Virus record (IMG/VR): IMGVR_UViG_3300020420_000015
Coordinates: 1 to 59,379 of that record
Length of the DNA stretch: 59,379 nt
Source of the DNA: a virus
Lineage: Duplodnaviria > Caudoviricetes
Reading direction: 5' to 3' (one strand)
The position numbers and the translations under genes are program-made. This document shows, piece after piece, positions 26,467 to 35,419 of the stretch. The notes beneath the pieces were generated by a model. The model was not told the DNA's origin. It searched no databases and saw nothing but the letters and a program-made list of their open reading frames with translations. Numbering within the stretch: position 1 is the first letter of the stretch; each line of letters begins with the position of its first letter.

Positions 26467-27300
26467 ATGAAAGATGAAATTAGAGATAAGAGTGTCGCAC
26501 AATATAAATACTTGAAATTTTGTTTGCGGCAAATCCGGCTCACAATGGATAATCACAGGGAAATGTGTGACATTAAATTGTTAGCTGATGTAATAAAAGG
26601 CGGTAAATATGATTGGCAAAATGGCGGTGTACTGACCCGTGATGAGCGCAAAGAATTGCAATCTGAGTTTGATAGAAAGGCAGGGCAATATTGCGCTTTT
26701 GAAAAGACGGTTGCTATATACATCAGTCAACTAGCCGACAGTGTAAGTTCAATTAGAAGAAGCTTCAAGGCTCATCAGACATACAATCCTATCAAGCAAG
26801 TCAAAAAAACCTCATTAGATAGGGCCAGAGAAGTGCTTGACAATGGATTTAAAAGAACCAGCACCGCTGTAGTCTGTAATGGGCCGGAAGCTGAACAGTT
26901 GGAAATAGAAGGCGATACTGATTACAGCAGGGTCAACTATGTAAACATACCTGTCCACTGGGTCAGTTCAGTATATAACAAGGGCTTGGGGCTAGTGCAT
27001 TCACCCAAGGGATTGAGGTTTATTGCGAGAGCAATTCCGGCAGATATCCCGTGGGTAAATGATGAAAACATGAATTGCTACAAGGCCGTCAGCATAGGCA
27101 GTCACGATAAAAAATGTTTTGTAGAAGAGGGCTGGATAGTGACGCATCAGGCATCTGTAATTAATGATGTTCAGCCCCTAGTCCATCCGGCAGACAGGAA
27201 GACTGTAACGCCCCATGCCTTCAATGAAAATCTACAGAAGGCTGTTAAGCTTATGAAGTCACGCACCTATAAACACCTTACAAAAATGCTGGACAAATAA
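26467..27300 (+). CDS. Hypothetical protein
   Basis: 277-aa ORF with AGGAG SD. Confidence 0.75.
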   Translation: MKDEIRDKSVAQYKYLKFCLRQIRLTMDNHREMCDIKLLADVIKGGKYDWQNGGVLTRDERKELQSEFDRKAGQYCAFEKTVAIYISQLADSVSSIRRSFKAHQTYNPIKQVKKTSLDRAREVLDNGFKRTSTAVVCNGPEAEQLEIEGDTDYSRVNYVNIPVHWVSSVYNKGLGLVHSPKGLRFIARAIPADIPWVNDENMNCYKAVSIGSHDKKCFVEEGWIVTHQASVINDVQPLVHPADRKTVTPHAFNENLQKAVKLMKSRTYKHLTKMLDK

Positions 27301-27301
27301 A

Positions 27302-27688
27302 ATGATTAAGCACGGCACTGTAAGGGCTGATGGAAAAATGTTTTGGGGATACCACAAGCATGCCAAAAATGGCGAGGAGTGGTGTACCCCATCTGCATTT
27401 ATCAGGCGTAAATCAAAATCTAGAGCGAGGCAATGGATGAACCGCAGACGCAGAACCCATTGGCTTAATAAATATAAACAGCACCACGGGTGTTGTTATT
27501 GTGGTTATGATGATAACGGTATAGCCTTGCAGTTTCATCATACAGGTGACAAAGCATTTAATGTTTCTGACGCACGTTCATACTCACTAAGAAAACTTTT
27601 TAGTGAAATTAGAAAGTGTTTAGTTATCTGCTCTAATTGTCACGCAATCGAAACAACCAGACTACAACAGGCAAGAGGTAAATTATGA
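27302..27688 (+). CDS. HNH endonuclease-like protein
   Basis: C..CGY...ALQFHH...EIRKC..ICSNCH. Confidence 0.75.
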   Translation: MIKHGTVRADGKMFWGYHKHAKNGEEWCTPSAFIRRKSKSRARQWMNRRRRTHWLNKYKQHHGCCYCGYDDNGIALQFHHTGDKAFNVSDARSYSLRKLFSEIRKCLVICSNCHAIETTRLQQARGKL

Positions 27689-27993
27689 CTAAGGATAATA
27701 AAATTTGTACTACCGTACAAAATAAAGTTAATTGCATCGGCCAAACACAACAGGAAATCAATGATGCAAATCATGTGGTAACGATTATCTGGGGTGTGGA
27801 GGGCATTAAAAAAGAGACATTTGGTTTTAGTGACATTGTGTCTTATCATGCCTTTTTATTGGGGGTCGATGCCGCATGCGGATGGATGAAATATGAGGTA
27901 GAGGCAGAGCCTTATTATCATGCCGAACCTTTTGATGCTGACCATCCCAAAACACTAAACTTGACTATGGAGGATGAGCCTAATGATGATTAG
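27685..27993 (+). CDS. Hypothetical protein
   Basis: Coupled ORF; TIIWG...F.LGVDAACGW. Confidence 0.65.
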   Translation: MTKDNKICTTVQNKVNCIGQTQQEINDANHVVTIIWGVEGIKKETFGFSDIVSYHAFLLGVDAACGWMKYEVEAEPYYHAEPFDADHPKTLNLTMEDEPNDD

Positions 27994-28231
27994 CTGGCAC
28001 ACGGCCCCAAGGCATAAATATAAGGGGTATGTTTACAAACCTGACGTAGATGAATACGATGATGGAAACAGAAAGGCTTCTCATAACGTATACGCTGAGG
28101 GTAAAGAAAACTTTATGCATACATTGCCAGAGTTTTATATTCACGCATCACCGTATAGTTTTTTAAGCTTCGAGCAGTTTAAAAATCACGTTGATAAACA
28201 TCTAACAGATAATCGGGAGTTTAGACCATGA
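27974..28231 (+). CDS. Hypothetical protein
   Basis: Coupled ORF in early operon; start may be 27983. Confidence 0.65.
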   Translation: MSLMMISWHTAPRHKYKGYVYKPDVDEYDDGNRKASHNVYAEGKENFMHTLPEFYIHASPYSFLSFEQFKNHVDKHLTDNREFRP

Positions 28232-28395
28232 GAGATTATTTTCTATTTTGGCTAGGCGTTCTGTGCTGTACGTCTGGCATGTCATACATTGAACAGCCAG
28301 AAAATAGTGTACTGGTAGGCATAGCTATTATATACTCAGGCATGGCGGCCTTTGTCTGGGCTGGTGTTAATATGGTAAAAAGGGGTGACGAATGA
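28228..28395 (+). CDS. 55-aa membrane protein (missing from ORF track)
   Basis: MRDYFLFWLGVLCC...VLVGIAIIYSGMAAFVWAGV; ATGA overlaps at both ends. Confidence 0.65.
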   Translation: MRDYFLFWLGVLCCTSGMSYIEQPENSVLVGIAIIYSGMAAFVWAGVNMVKRGDE

Positions 28396-28595
28396 ATATA
28401 GAAAAAGCTAAACAAGCTTATCTTGATGAATGCCATAAAATAGGCAAAGTTCCTCAGCATGTCACCTACATGACCTATGACCAGTACAGTGAAAAATACA
28501 CACTGGGCAATGAAAGTGATGGTGATTTTGTGGATATGTACCCGAACGGGTCAGTCACAGCTATGCACTGGAATTTAAAAAATAACAACAGTTAG
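28392..28595 (+). CDS. Hypothetical protein
   Basis: Last coupled ORF of early operon. Confidence 0.6.
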   Translation: MNIEKAKQAYLDECHKIGKVPQHVTYMTYDQYSEKYTLGNESDGDFVDMYPNGSVTAMHWNLKNNNS

Positions 28596-28691
28596 GCTAG
28601 CGGGGGTTTGTTGACAGTGTTGAGGAACGCTGGAAAAAATATTCTGTTGGCCCTGCTAGTCTGACATCTCCACGACAGAATATATCCTCAT

Positions 28692-28733
28692 AGGCGGTGA
28701 GCGTTCTAGACACGCGCTCACCGCCTTTTTTTT
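28692..28733 (+). terminator. Intrinsic terminator of early operon
   Basis: AGGCGGTGAGCG / CGCTCACCGCCT 12-bp stem then T8. Confidence 0.88.
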
Positions 28734-28867
28734 GCTTTTTTGTACTAGGGTATGAGTTTTATGCGAGCCGTGCCCGGGGCAGGCCAGAATATTTTTTTTT
28801 CGTGCTATAGTACAAATCAACTACTATCACGCATTTCGTGGGGAGTTCTTTCTTCGTGGGGAGTTCT

Positions 28868-28908
28868 AAAAAATAGGGGGCTGACGGCATGCAGTCCATC
28901 AACCCCCT
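28868..28908 (-). terminator. Intrinsic terminator of leftward replication operon
   Basis: Minus strand AGGGGGTTGA...TCAGCCCCCT followed by ATTTTTT. Confidence 0.65.
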
Positions 28909-28955
28909 TAGTCGGGAGGACTTGTAGTGTTTGGAGATTATCTCACATAAAATAA

Positions 28956-29258
28956 TTAGTCAACATCAAAGCACTCTACAGATGCCGCCATATACCCACA
29001 CTTGTCTAAATAACTATCCCAATGATGAGGTGTTTCCATTAGCCTTGCAGTTTTAACTAAATCCATCATCAGTGCGTGGTCTATCGGGGTTATTTTTTCA
29101 TCATCCTTTAGTTTGTCTTTGAGGTAAACGGTCCAGAAATTAGCTATCCTAGCCCAGTTTTCTTCTGGTGAGCCATAATGCGCTCCCCTTGCATCTATTA
29201 CATCTCCTGCCTCAGACAGTAATAATTTTCCTTTTCTTGTTGCAGCAGGTTTATCCAT
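28956..29258 (-). CDS. DUF6378-like protein
   Basis: RGAHYG.PEENW.RIA.FW...M.LVK.AR...H.DSYLD..GY; start moved to MDKPA. Confidence 0.75.
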   Translation of the reverse strand: MDKPAATRKGKLLLSEAGDVIDARGAHYGSPEENWARIANFWTVYLKDKLKDDEKITPIDHALMMDLVKTARLMETPHHWDSYLDKCGYMAASVECFDVD

Positions 29259-29292
29259 ATTTTTGTATCCTAGTATAAATTTCGTGGGGAGT

Positions 29293-31056
29293 TCAAAACG
29301 GAACGTCATCAAAGTTACGCACTGCCGGAACTATCGGAAAGTTATCTTCCTGTTCCTCTGAATAAGTAGACGTTACCTGATTAAAAAATAAATCGGCAAC
29401 ACCCTGCTTGCCTACCCAACTAAATCTGCATTTCCATATGTGAACTTCGCTAAGTGATGAGCCTACTGGGTCGGGCCTATGCACTGATAATCCGATATCT
29501 GCTTTAGCAAACCATGCGGCACTGCCTGATATGTCATAACCTTTTGGTGCTGGAACTTTGCCGTCCTGCCCACGGAGCATTTTTGTTGGGTGGGCAACAA
29601 ACCAGAGATGTATTCCATGAGACTGAGCGAACACCCTCAAGGTGGTTAGCATCTCACTAATCCAATCTGTTTCAGATATATCGCCATTCTTTTGTATATA
29701 ATTGTATGGGTCAATGATTGCGCCCCTGATACCGTGACGCATAACTGCTATCTTCAATCTATCTACAATATCGTGAATGGTCGCCATAGAACCATCATTC
29801 TGATACAGAAAGCTAAAATGACTTTGCACGAAATCCTTCCCTCTATCTAACTCATGTTTGGTTAGACGAGGTGTAACACCGTCAAAGAATGGTTTTCTAA
29901 AATGCTTGCTAATTAATTTAGCTATGTGTAGGCGTGGCTCATTTTCAAAAGAGCAAACAGCAAACTTCCAACCTCGCTCTTCTGCTAGGTTCACCATTAT
30001 CTGGTCAATAAACTCTGATTTGCCTGATGAAGGATGGCCTGTAACAACGGTCAACTGACCCTCTACAATGGTATAAAGTTCATCCACATTTGGATAGCCT
30101 GTCGATTCCCCTCTACCCATTCCCTTGTCGTAAATCTCGTCCACTTGCTCGTAGAAATGTTTTGCATCATATAGTCCTGCTACAGGATATGGCCTTGATT
30201 TGTAGATAACTCTATCTACTTCTTTCTTGCCTTTTTTAACCAAGACATCGTTTGCGTCTTTACATCCATCAGGCCACTCTACAATCCAACATTTATCTTT
30301 CCCTATTCTCCTTGCAATCTCCTCGCCCATAGCCTGACCAGCACCATCGTCATCTGTGCAGATGATTATTTTTTTTGCGGCATCTATTATGTTCTTTGCA
30401 TCCCACAAGAACTTAAACTTGTTATCCTCTTTTGGGTCTATCTTGCCATCTATAACCTTCATGACGGCCCCATTAGGAACGGATACTGCGTTCTCATATC
30501 CGCATTGCACCAGAGAAATAGCGTCCATTTCCCCTTCACAAATATACAAGTCCTCTCCGATAACTACATTTTCAATATTAAAAAATGATGCTGGTGAGCC
30601 GTTACAAGAAAATCCCTTATCCTCTACTGACCGTATCTTTGCGGCATACATCCTGCCTTGATTTGTATAGGGAAAGACTACACAGTCTGACTGCTTTTGC
30701 AGTGCTGATATGAAATGTTTCCCTGATTTTAAACCTGTCTCACGAGCCGTTTCTTCTGATATCCCACGCTTCTCTAGCCAAGATAAAGTTGCTTCATTCA
30801 AGTCATCCCAATCATGTTTTACGGCAAGTGTCACTTTATTCCTCCTAACATTTGGCATCTGCCGCTCTTGCAAAGAAACGCCACCAGATGCTTCGCAGTG
30901 CCAGCAATTATACACAATGCTGTCACCTTCGACTTTTATAGACAGGGTTTTCTGACCCTTTTTTTTGCGCTGATGAGAGCAAAATGGGCATACAATTTTA
31001 TGTTGCCCACTACCTCTCCGGAGGGCTTCCCCTCGGATTACTACTTCAGTTTCCAT
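29293..31056 (-). CDS. Twinkle/T7 gp4-like primase-helicase
   Basis: CPFC...CWHC Zn-binding domain, ICEGEMD and DDDGAG TOPRIM, KDAND, TGHPSSGKS Walker A, IIDP, VAHP, ISGSA. Confidence 0.93.
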   Translation of the reverse strand: METEVVIRGEALRRGSGQHKIVCPFCSHQRKKKGQKTLSIKVEGDSIVYNCWHCEASGGVSLQERQMPNVRRNKVTLAVKHDWDDLNEATLSWLEKRGISEETARETGLKSGKHFISALQKQSDCVVFPYTNQGRMYAAKIRSVEDKGFSCNGSPASFFNIENVVIGEDLYICEGEMDAISLVQCGYENAVSVPNGAVMKVIDGKIDPKEDNKFKFLWDAKNIIDAAKKIIICTDDDGAGQAMGEEIARRIGKDKCWIVEWPDGCKDANDVLVKKGKKEVDRVIYKSRPYPVAGLYDAKHFYEQVDEIYDKGMGRGESTGYPNVDELYTIVEGQLTVVTGHPSSGKSEFIDQIMVNLAEERGWKFAVCSFENEPRLHIAKLISKHFRKPFFDGVTPRLTKHELDRGKDFVQSHFSFLYQNDGSMATIHDIVDRLKIAVMRHGIRGAIIDPYNYIQKNGDISETDWISEMLTTLRVFAQSHGIHLWFVAHPTKMLRGQDGKVPAPKGYDISGSAAWFAKADIGLSVHRPDPVGSSLSEVHIWKCRFSWVGKQGVADLFFNQVTSTYSEEQEDNFPIVPAVRNFDDVPF

Positions 31057-31080
31057 TTAGTTTTCTCCACGACTAGCATC

Positions 31081-31109
31081 ACGATATTGCCATGCCAATG
31101 AAGTGTCAA
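31081..31109 (-). promoter_or_regulatory. Sigma70-like promoter for primase-helicase
   Basis: Minus strand TTGACA-N17-TATCGT. Confidence 0.55.
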
Positions 31110-31138
31110 TAGATAATTTGAGTCAGTGGTGGGTAGGG

Positions 31139-31200
31139 TTATAATATTTATAGTTATATATATTTATATATTTATATATAATTTGTATTAGAGTATTAAT
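31139..31200. other. AT-rich (TA-repeat) tract, candidate unwinding element
   Basis: ~60 nt almost entirely A/T upstream of primase-helicase. Confidence 0.5.
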
Positions 31201-31504
31201 ATTTATCTATAAGGTCTTTAAGCTTTCTTCCTTCGTAACGGGCAATCGCTGATTTAGAATTTAGGATGTGTAAAAAATTACCCCTCATCTTTGACGAACA
31301 TATATCGGCTAAATCACACACCGTTTGGAAGTCTTCTGTTTCTAGCCACTGCTCAACTGCAAACCTGTCTTTTTCGTCATTCAGGTAGGCATCTGAGATA
31401 GCTTGGGATATCACCGCTCTCCAAAGCCGACACTCTGATAATTGTTCTTGGGTTTTCCCTATCAAGCCCCCAGTAAATATTCTTCTGCTTAACTTGCCTG
31501 TCAT
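31196..31504 (-). CDS. Hypothetical protein
   Basis: LWRAVISQAISDA...DF.TVCDLA. Confidence 0.7.
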   Translation of the reverse strand: MTGKLSRRIFTGGLIGKTQEQLSECRLWRAVISQAISDAYLNDEKDRFAVEQWLETEDFQTVCDLADICSSKMRGNFLHILNSKSAIARYEGRKLKDLIDKY

Positions 31505-31772
31505 TTTTGTAAATAGTTCCTTGCATTAAATCTAAAATCAGGCTCTCGTCTAAGTCTGGTCTGCGTGAGGAGTAATAAATTAGCATCTCAACCTTTACAT
31601 CGTTATCAAAAAGCTCGTCAAGGGTTTGACACTGGGCAAGAAATTTAACTGCATAGTTTCTGGCCTTATCCGATTTAATGGACGCAGGACGCCCTCTTAT
31701 CATAACTATTTTTCTGCTATTGGCCTTAGAGGCTGGCTCACCCAGTATTTGGAATAAATGTTGTTTCACCAT
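31377..31772 (-). CDS. rusA: RusA-like Holliday junction resolvase
   Basis: GEPASKANS...RRPDLD...ILD...IYKNDRQV...D.ENPR; start moved to MVKQH. Confidence 0.82.
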   Translation of the reverse strand: MVKQHLFQILGEPASKANSRKIVMIRGRPASIKSDKARNYAVKFLAQCQTLDELFDNDVKVEMLIYYSSRRPDLDESLILDLMQGTIYKNDRQVKQKNIYWGLDRENPRTIIRVSALESGDIPSYLRCLPE

Positions 31773-31785
31773 GTTATTTTTCCTA

Positions 31786-31815
31786 TTGACCTTTTTTTGA
31801 GCCTTTGATAATAAT
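31786..31815 (+). promoter_or_regulatory. Sigma70-like promoter for recombination operon
   Basis: TTGACC-N17/18-TAATAA/AATAAT in the divergent gap. Confidence 0.45.
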
Positions 31816-31836
31816 GATTTTCGGAAGGACATTATC

Positions 31837-32712
31837 ATGCAGATTACTAATAATTATAATTTACCTCAGTCTTTTGTTGATTTTGCCAGAAATGACAAAT
31901 ATAGCAAGGGAAATGCCGATATTTCGGTTACCACACTGATAGACAGCCCTAGAGTGCGTCTTATGCGTGACCATCACCACGAGGACCGCGTAGTGGATGT
32001 CGTGGATAACGTCTGGGCATTGTTTGGCACTGCCGTACACCATGTTTTAGAAAGTTCTACCCCTACAGAGGATGTTGTTTTAGAAGAGCGTCTGTTCTGT
32101 GATGTTGATGGGTGGGTTCTTTCGGGTGCTATCGACCATCAATCTATTTACGGGAATACAGTTGAAATAACAGATTATAAAGTTACCAGTGTCTGGTCTG
32201 TAATTCATGGCAAGATAGATTGGGAGCGTCAACTAAATGTATATGCTTACCTTGTTCAAAAGAATAAAGGAAAGAGAGTAACTAAGCTTTCTATTTGTGC
32301 CGTGCTAAGGGATTGGAATAAGCGTGACGCACAGACTAAGCCAGATTATCCACAAGCACCCGTGGTAATAGTCGACATTCCTAAATGGACTGAAATGGAA
32401 AGAATTAATTATATTCATGGGCGCATCAGCGCACATCAAGAAGCACAGATTATTTATGATATGGAAGCTTCTTTCCCGACTTGTTCAGATGAGGACAGAT
32501 GGAAACGTGATGACGCTTGGGCTGTAAAGAAAAAAGGATTAAAGAGGGCTATGCGTGTGTTCTCAACACATGATGAAGCCAATAGTTTTGCGACAGAACA
32601 AAGCGTTCCTGTCGAAATAGAACATCGTATTGGAGAGCCGATACGCTGTAAAGGCAACTATTGTGGAGTTGCTGATTTTTGCTCACAGTTTAAAAAGGAG
32701 ATTAGTGAATGA
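31837..32712 (+). CDS. PD-(D/E)XK (Cas4/RecB-like) exonuclease
   Basis: GTAVH, LEERL, GAID, DYKVT, QLNVY, terminal Cys cluster. Confidence 0.85.
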   Translation: MQITNNYNLPQSFVDFARNDKYSKGNADISVTTLIDSPRVRLMRDHHHEDRVVDVVDNVWALFGTAVHHVLESSTPTEDVVLEERLFCDVDGWVLSGAIDHQSIYGNTVEITDYKVTSVWSVIHGKIDWERQLNVYAYLVQKNKGKRVTKLSICAVLRDWNKRDAQTKPDYPQAPVVIVDIPKWTEMERINYIHGRISAHQEAQIIYDMEASFPTCSDEDRWKRDDAWAVKKKGLKRAMRVFSTHDEANSFATEQSVPVEIEHRIGEPIRCKGNYCGVADFCSQFKKEISE

Positions 32713-33350
32713 GCAAAGTATGGGAGACTTTATCTGGCATTGATGTGTCAGAACATACCGAAAAGAAAGGTAAATTAGTTTACCTGTCTTGGGCTTGGGC
32801 TTGGGCGATAGTGAAAAAACATTATCCCGATGCAATATTTAAAAAACATTTGTACGATGGTCCAAATGGCCCCCGTCCTTATATGTTTGATGAATCTGGG
32901 TACGCCTTTACTTGTGTAACTGTCACTATTGGTGACCAATCACAAACAGAGGTTTTGCCTGTTTTAAATCACTCAAACAATGCTGTTCAAAATCCAAACA
33001 GCTTTCAAGTAAACACATCTCTTCAAAGGTGTCTTGCCAAATGCTGTGCAATGCACGGCTTAGGTCATTACATTTATGCTGGTGAGGACTTGCCGGAAGG
33101 AACAGAGCCTACGTTTAGCATTGAAAGCACTGACGGTAAGTTAGAAGAAGTTGAAGGCCTCAAGAGAGTGGCCGCTGTTTTTTCAACATTCATACCTGAG
33201 TGCCAGAACATAGAAGACTTGCGTTCATTTTGGTCGATTAATAAACAGGCAAGAGAGGCCTTAGAAAAGGGTGACAAGAAGCTGTACCAATCAGTTCTTG
33301 ATGAGTTTATGCAACACAGTAAGACGTTAGAAGAAGGGAAAGCGGCATGA
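32709..33350 (+). CDS. Sak/DUF1071-like single-strand annealing protein
   Basis: DVSEH.EKKG...YLSWAWAW...LPVL...NTSLQRCLAK..AMHGLG.YIYAGEDLP. Confidence 0.85.
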   Translation: MSKVWETLSGIDVSEHTEKKGKLVYLSWAWAWAIVKKHYPDAIFKKHLYDGPNGPRPYMFDESGYAFTCVTVTIGDQSQTEVLPVLNHSNNAVQNPNSFQVNTSLQRCLAKCCAMHGLGHYIYAGEDLPEGTEPTFSIESTDGKLEEVEGLKRVAAVFSTFIPECQNIEDLRSFWSINKQAREALEKGDKKLYQSVLDEFMQHSKTLEEGKAA

Positions 33351-33643
33351 CTGAATATCCACCATCAGGTGCGTTGTTTACAAATCAACGCAAACAAAAG
33401 GAATCGCAACCAGACTATACAGGCACACTTGAGTTGTCTGATGAAGTTGTGAATGACCTTGTTGAACAAATTAGCAGGGGTGTAACAAAGCCAAAACTCA
33501 GTTTGGCTGGTTGGAAAAAAGTCGCTCAAAAAAGCGGCGCTACATTCTTATCTTTGCGTGGCAACAAGTTTGAGGAAAAGCTAAATAACGCCAGTAATCA
33601 GGCTCCTGTTAGCACTCAATCTAATGAACCAATTCCGTTCTAA
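33347..33643 (+). CDS. Putative ssDNA-binding protein (DUF736-like)
   Basis: SGALF.N..K...QPDYTG...LAGW...FLSL; C-terminal IPF. Confidence 0.65.
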   Translation: MTEYPPSGALFTNQRKQKESQPDYTGTLELSDEVVNDLVEQISRGVTKPKLSLAGWKKVAQKSGATFLSLRGNKFEEKLNNASNQAPVSTQSNEPIPF

Positions 33644-33905
33644 AAGAGAGCGGTCACAGAAATACCTAAAGACTTTGCGTGGCAAGCCATGTTTAGTTTG
33701 TGGGTATGGCGGAGAGGCACATCATATCATGTTTGCGGAACCAAATGCCATGAGCATGAAGGTGGGAGACAACTGGTGTGTTCCTCTCTGCCACTCTTGT
33801 CACATGAAACTACATGCTTTTGGTGATGAGAGAACTTGGTGGGATTTACAAGGTATTGACCCACTAAAATGGGCTAAATGTAATTGGGAGAAGTTCAATG
33901 GATGA
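33624..33905 (+). CDS. DUF968/HNH-like Zn protein
   Basis: PCLVCG...AHH...K..D...VPLCHSCH. Confidence 0.7.
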   Translation: MNQFRSKRERSQKYLKTLRGKPCLVCGYGGEAHHIMFAEPNAMSMKVGDNWCVPLCHSCHMKLHAFGDERTWWDLQGIDPLKWAKCNWEKFNG

Positions 33906-34068
33906 AAGCCTTTGCATAGCTTATGAGTTGAAGCATCAGATTGAAAATTTACCTGATGAGGTTAAACGAAGCAAAATTGTAGATGGAGCGGAGACTGCTC
34001 ACGATATGCTGTCAAAGGTGGCAATCGTTGTTCATGCCCTTGAAGCACATGAGAAGGATATAAAATGA
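33898..34068 (+). CDS. 56-aa protein (missing from ORF track)
   Basis: GGAG SD; MDESLCIAYELK...HEKDIK; overlaps both neighbours. Confidence 0.65.
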   Translation: MDESLCIAYELKHQIENLPDEVKRSKIVDGAETAHDMLSKVAIVVHALEAHEKDIK

Positions 34069-34301
34069 GTGAGAAAAAAATTCCTTTGGGAATGACGGTT
34101 GAGGAGTTTGAAGAGCATCTAAAGATGATGAATGATAGGGTCATAAACTTTAAAGAGTATGGCGGCTCCATAGTGGGTACAAAGCTGGACCGAAGATACA
34201 GCAATCAAAAGAGTAATAGAGGTAACGTGGGTAATTTCTTGCGAACTGTAAAAGTTAGAAAAGATAGGCAGGGAAGGGTTCATAAAGGTAAGTACGGGTG
34301 A
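34065..34301 (+). CDS. Hypothetical protein
   Basis: Coupled ORF. Confidence 0.6.
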   Translation: MSEKKIPLGMTVEEFEEHLKMMNDRVINFKEYGGSIVGTKLDRRYSNQKSNRGNVGNFLRTVKVRKDRQGRVHKGKYG

Positions 34302-34507
34302 TGGGAAGCAAGTTAAAAAATTCTTATAACATCTTAACGGTCTTGGAATATTCCAAAACATACAAGGTGGTGAGGGGAAACTCTAAAGAACATGCAGTGA
34401 AGCGTTTAGAAAAAAAGCTTTACAAGCAAAGTGGTTTTGAAAAACGAGGCATGTACTTGGGTGACATACATATTTTATCTGTAAAAGAAAACAAGGAGAA
34501 GGGCTAA
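34298..34507 (+). CDS. Hypothetical protein
   Basis: Coupled ORF. Confidence 0.55.
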   Translation: MMGSKLKNSYNILTVLEYSKTYKVVRGNSKEHAVKRLEKKLYKQSGFEKRGMYLGDIHILSVKENKEKG

Positions 34508-34508
34508 G

Positions 34509-34739
34509 ATGAATGAAGAAGAGGACTTGTGTTACTTTCCAACACAGGGATTATGCTCCCTAAAGGAAAAGTTAGATGAAAGTTACTTTCCTAAAAATCA
34601 AAAAAATATTTTTAGGCAAGAACTTGTTACATATGAAATGACTGATATCGGGGTAAAGAGGACAACCCATGTCAGAAATTTCTCTGGTGTAACTCATTAC
34701 GACAGCAGAACATCAGAATTTTTAAAAGGGAGTGCGTAG
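34509..34739 (+). CDS. Hypothetical protein
   Basis: AGGAG upstream; coupled ORF. Confidence 0.6.
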   Translation: MNEEEDLCYFPTQGLCSLKEKLDESYFPKNQKNIFRQELVTYEMTDIGVKRTTHVRNFSGVTHYDSRTSEFLKGSA

Positions 34740-34741
34740 TT

Positions 34742-35224
34742 ATGTCAAATGATATTGAGCCAAAAGAAGCTGCCTTTCATTTTGAGGCAGTTAAAACATC
34801 AATGTCCCAAAGTAAAGCTGGTACGATACTTAGGCTAGCCATACACCCCAACGAAGTGCCAGCCAATCTACACACAGATTGGGTAGGCTCTCGATACATG
34901 GTTGCCATGGTAAAGCTAAACGAACAAGACGAGCCAGAGATATCTGTTGAGCAACGTGAGGTTGATAAGTTAATTGCCAGTGCTGGCATGTTGTGTAGAA
35001 ACCCCAGCTTTGTTGAGTTTCTTCACGAAAAGAACATAACAACGTATGACCCAACAGGGAAATTTCCAACACTTACCCCAGATGAAAATGGTGTTGCGGA
35101 AGCGTTACGAAACTATCTGGGGATAACCAGCAGAAGTGACTTTAGAAATAATTCACAGGCTCGTGAACAATTTAAAAATCTTTCACAGGAGTTTTCAAGA
35201 TGGAAGCAAGGGAAAGCACAATGA
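34742..35224 (+). CDS. Conserved phage hypothetical protein
   Basis: FEAVK...L.LAIHP...VGSRYMVAMV...AGMLCRN...GITSR. Confidence 0.75.
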   Translation: MSNDIEPKEAAFHFEAVKTSMSQSKAGTILRLAIHPNEVPANLHTDWVGSRYMVAMVKLNEQDEPEISVEQREVDKLIASAGMLCRNPSFVEFLHEKNITTYDPTGKFPTLTPDENGVAEALRNYLGITSRSDFRNNSQAREQFKNLSQEFSRWKQGKAQ

Positions 35225-35403
35225 CAAATGATTTTATCGACCCAAAAGAAGCGGCTGAAATGCTGACGATAAACACCAAACAACTCCATTATATAATGGA
35301 GACAGACGAAACATTTCCAAAGCCAATATTTCTTTCCAAGAGAATAAAGAGATGGAAGAAGGACGATATTTCTGGTTGGCTAGACTCTAAAACGCCAAAA
35401 TAA
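35221..35403 (+). CDS. AlpA/excisionase-like helix-turn-helix protein
   Basis: KEAAEML.I....L......FPKPI.L.....RW....I..W. Confidence 0.8.
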   Translation: MTNDFIDPKEAAEMLTINTKQLHYIMETDETFPKPIFLSKRIKRWKKDDISGWLDSKTPK

Positions 35404-35419
35404 TTGTACTGTAGTACAA
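35404..35419. promoter_or_regulatory. Palindromic site TTGTAC-N4-GTACAA (representative of ~13 copies)
   Basis: Perfect copies at 27705, 35404, 51351, 53812; this copy is the entire intergenic gap. Confidence 0.75.

Larger units (their letters stand above)
28835..29294. repeat. Three exact copies of TTCGTGGGGAGTTC (28835, 28853, 29281)
   Basis: Direct comparison. Confidence 0.9.

Noticed and set aside
28611-28640. TTGACA as a promoter -35
   Set aside because: No adequate -10 at 16-18 bp, and it lies just upstream of a strong terminator.
31837-32712. Cas4 as evidence of a CRISPR system
   Set aside because: Solo PD-(D/E)XK exonuclease next to an annealase; standard phage recombination module.
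33947-33984. Hammerhead-like CTGATGA...CGAA with possible stem I ATTTAC/GTAGAT
   Set aside because: Lies inside a coupled ORF (L-P-D-E-V-K-R), has GAAG rather than GAAA, and no stem III can form; likely chance.
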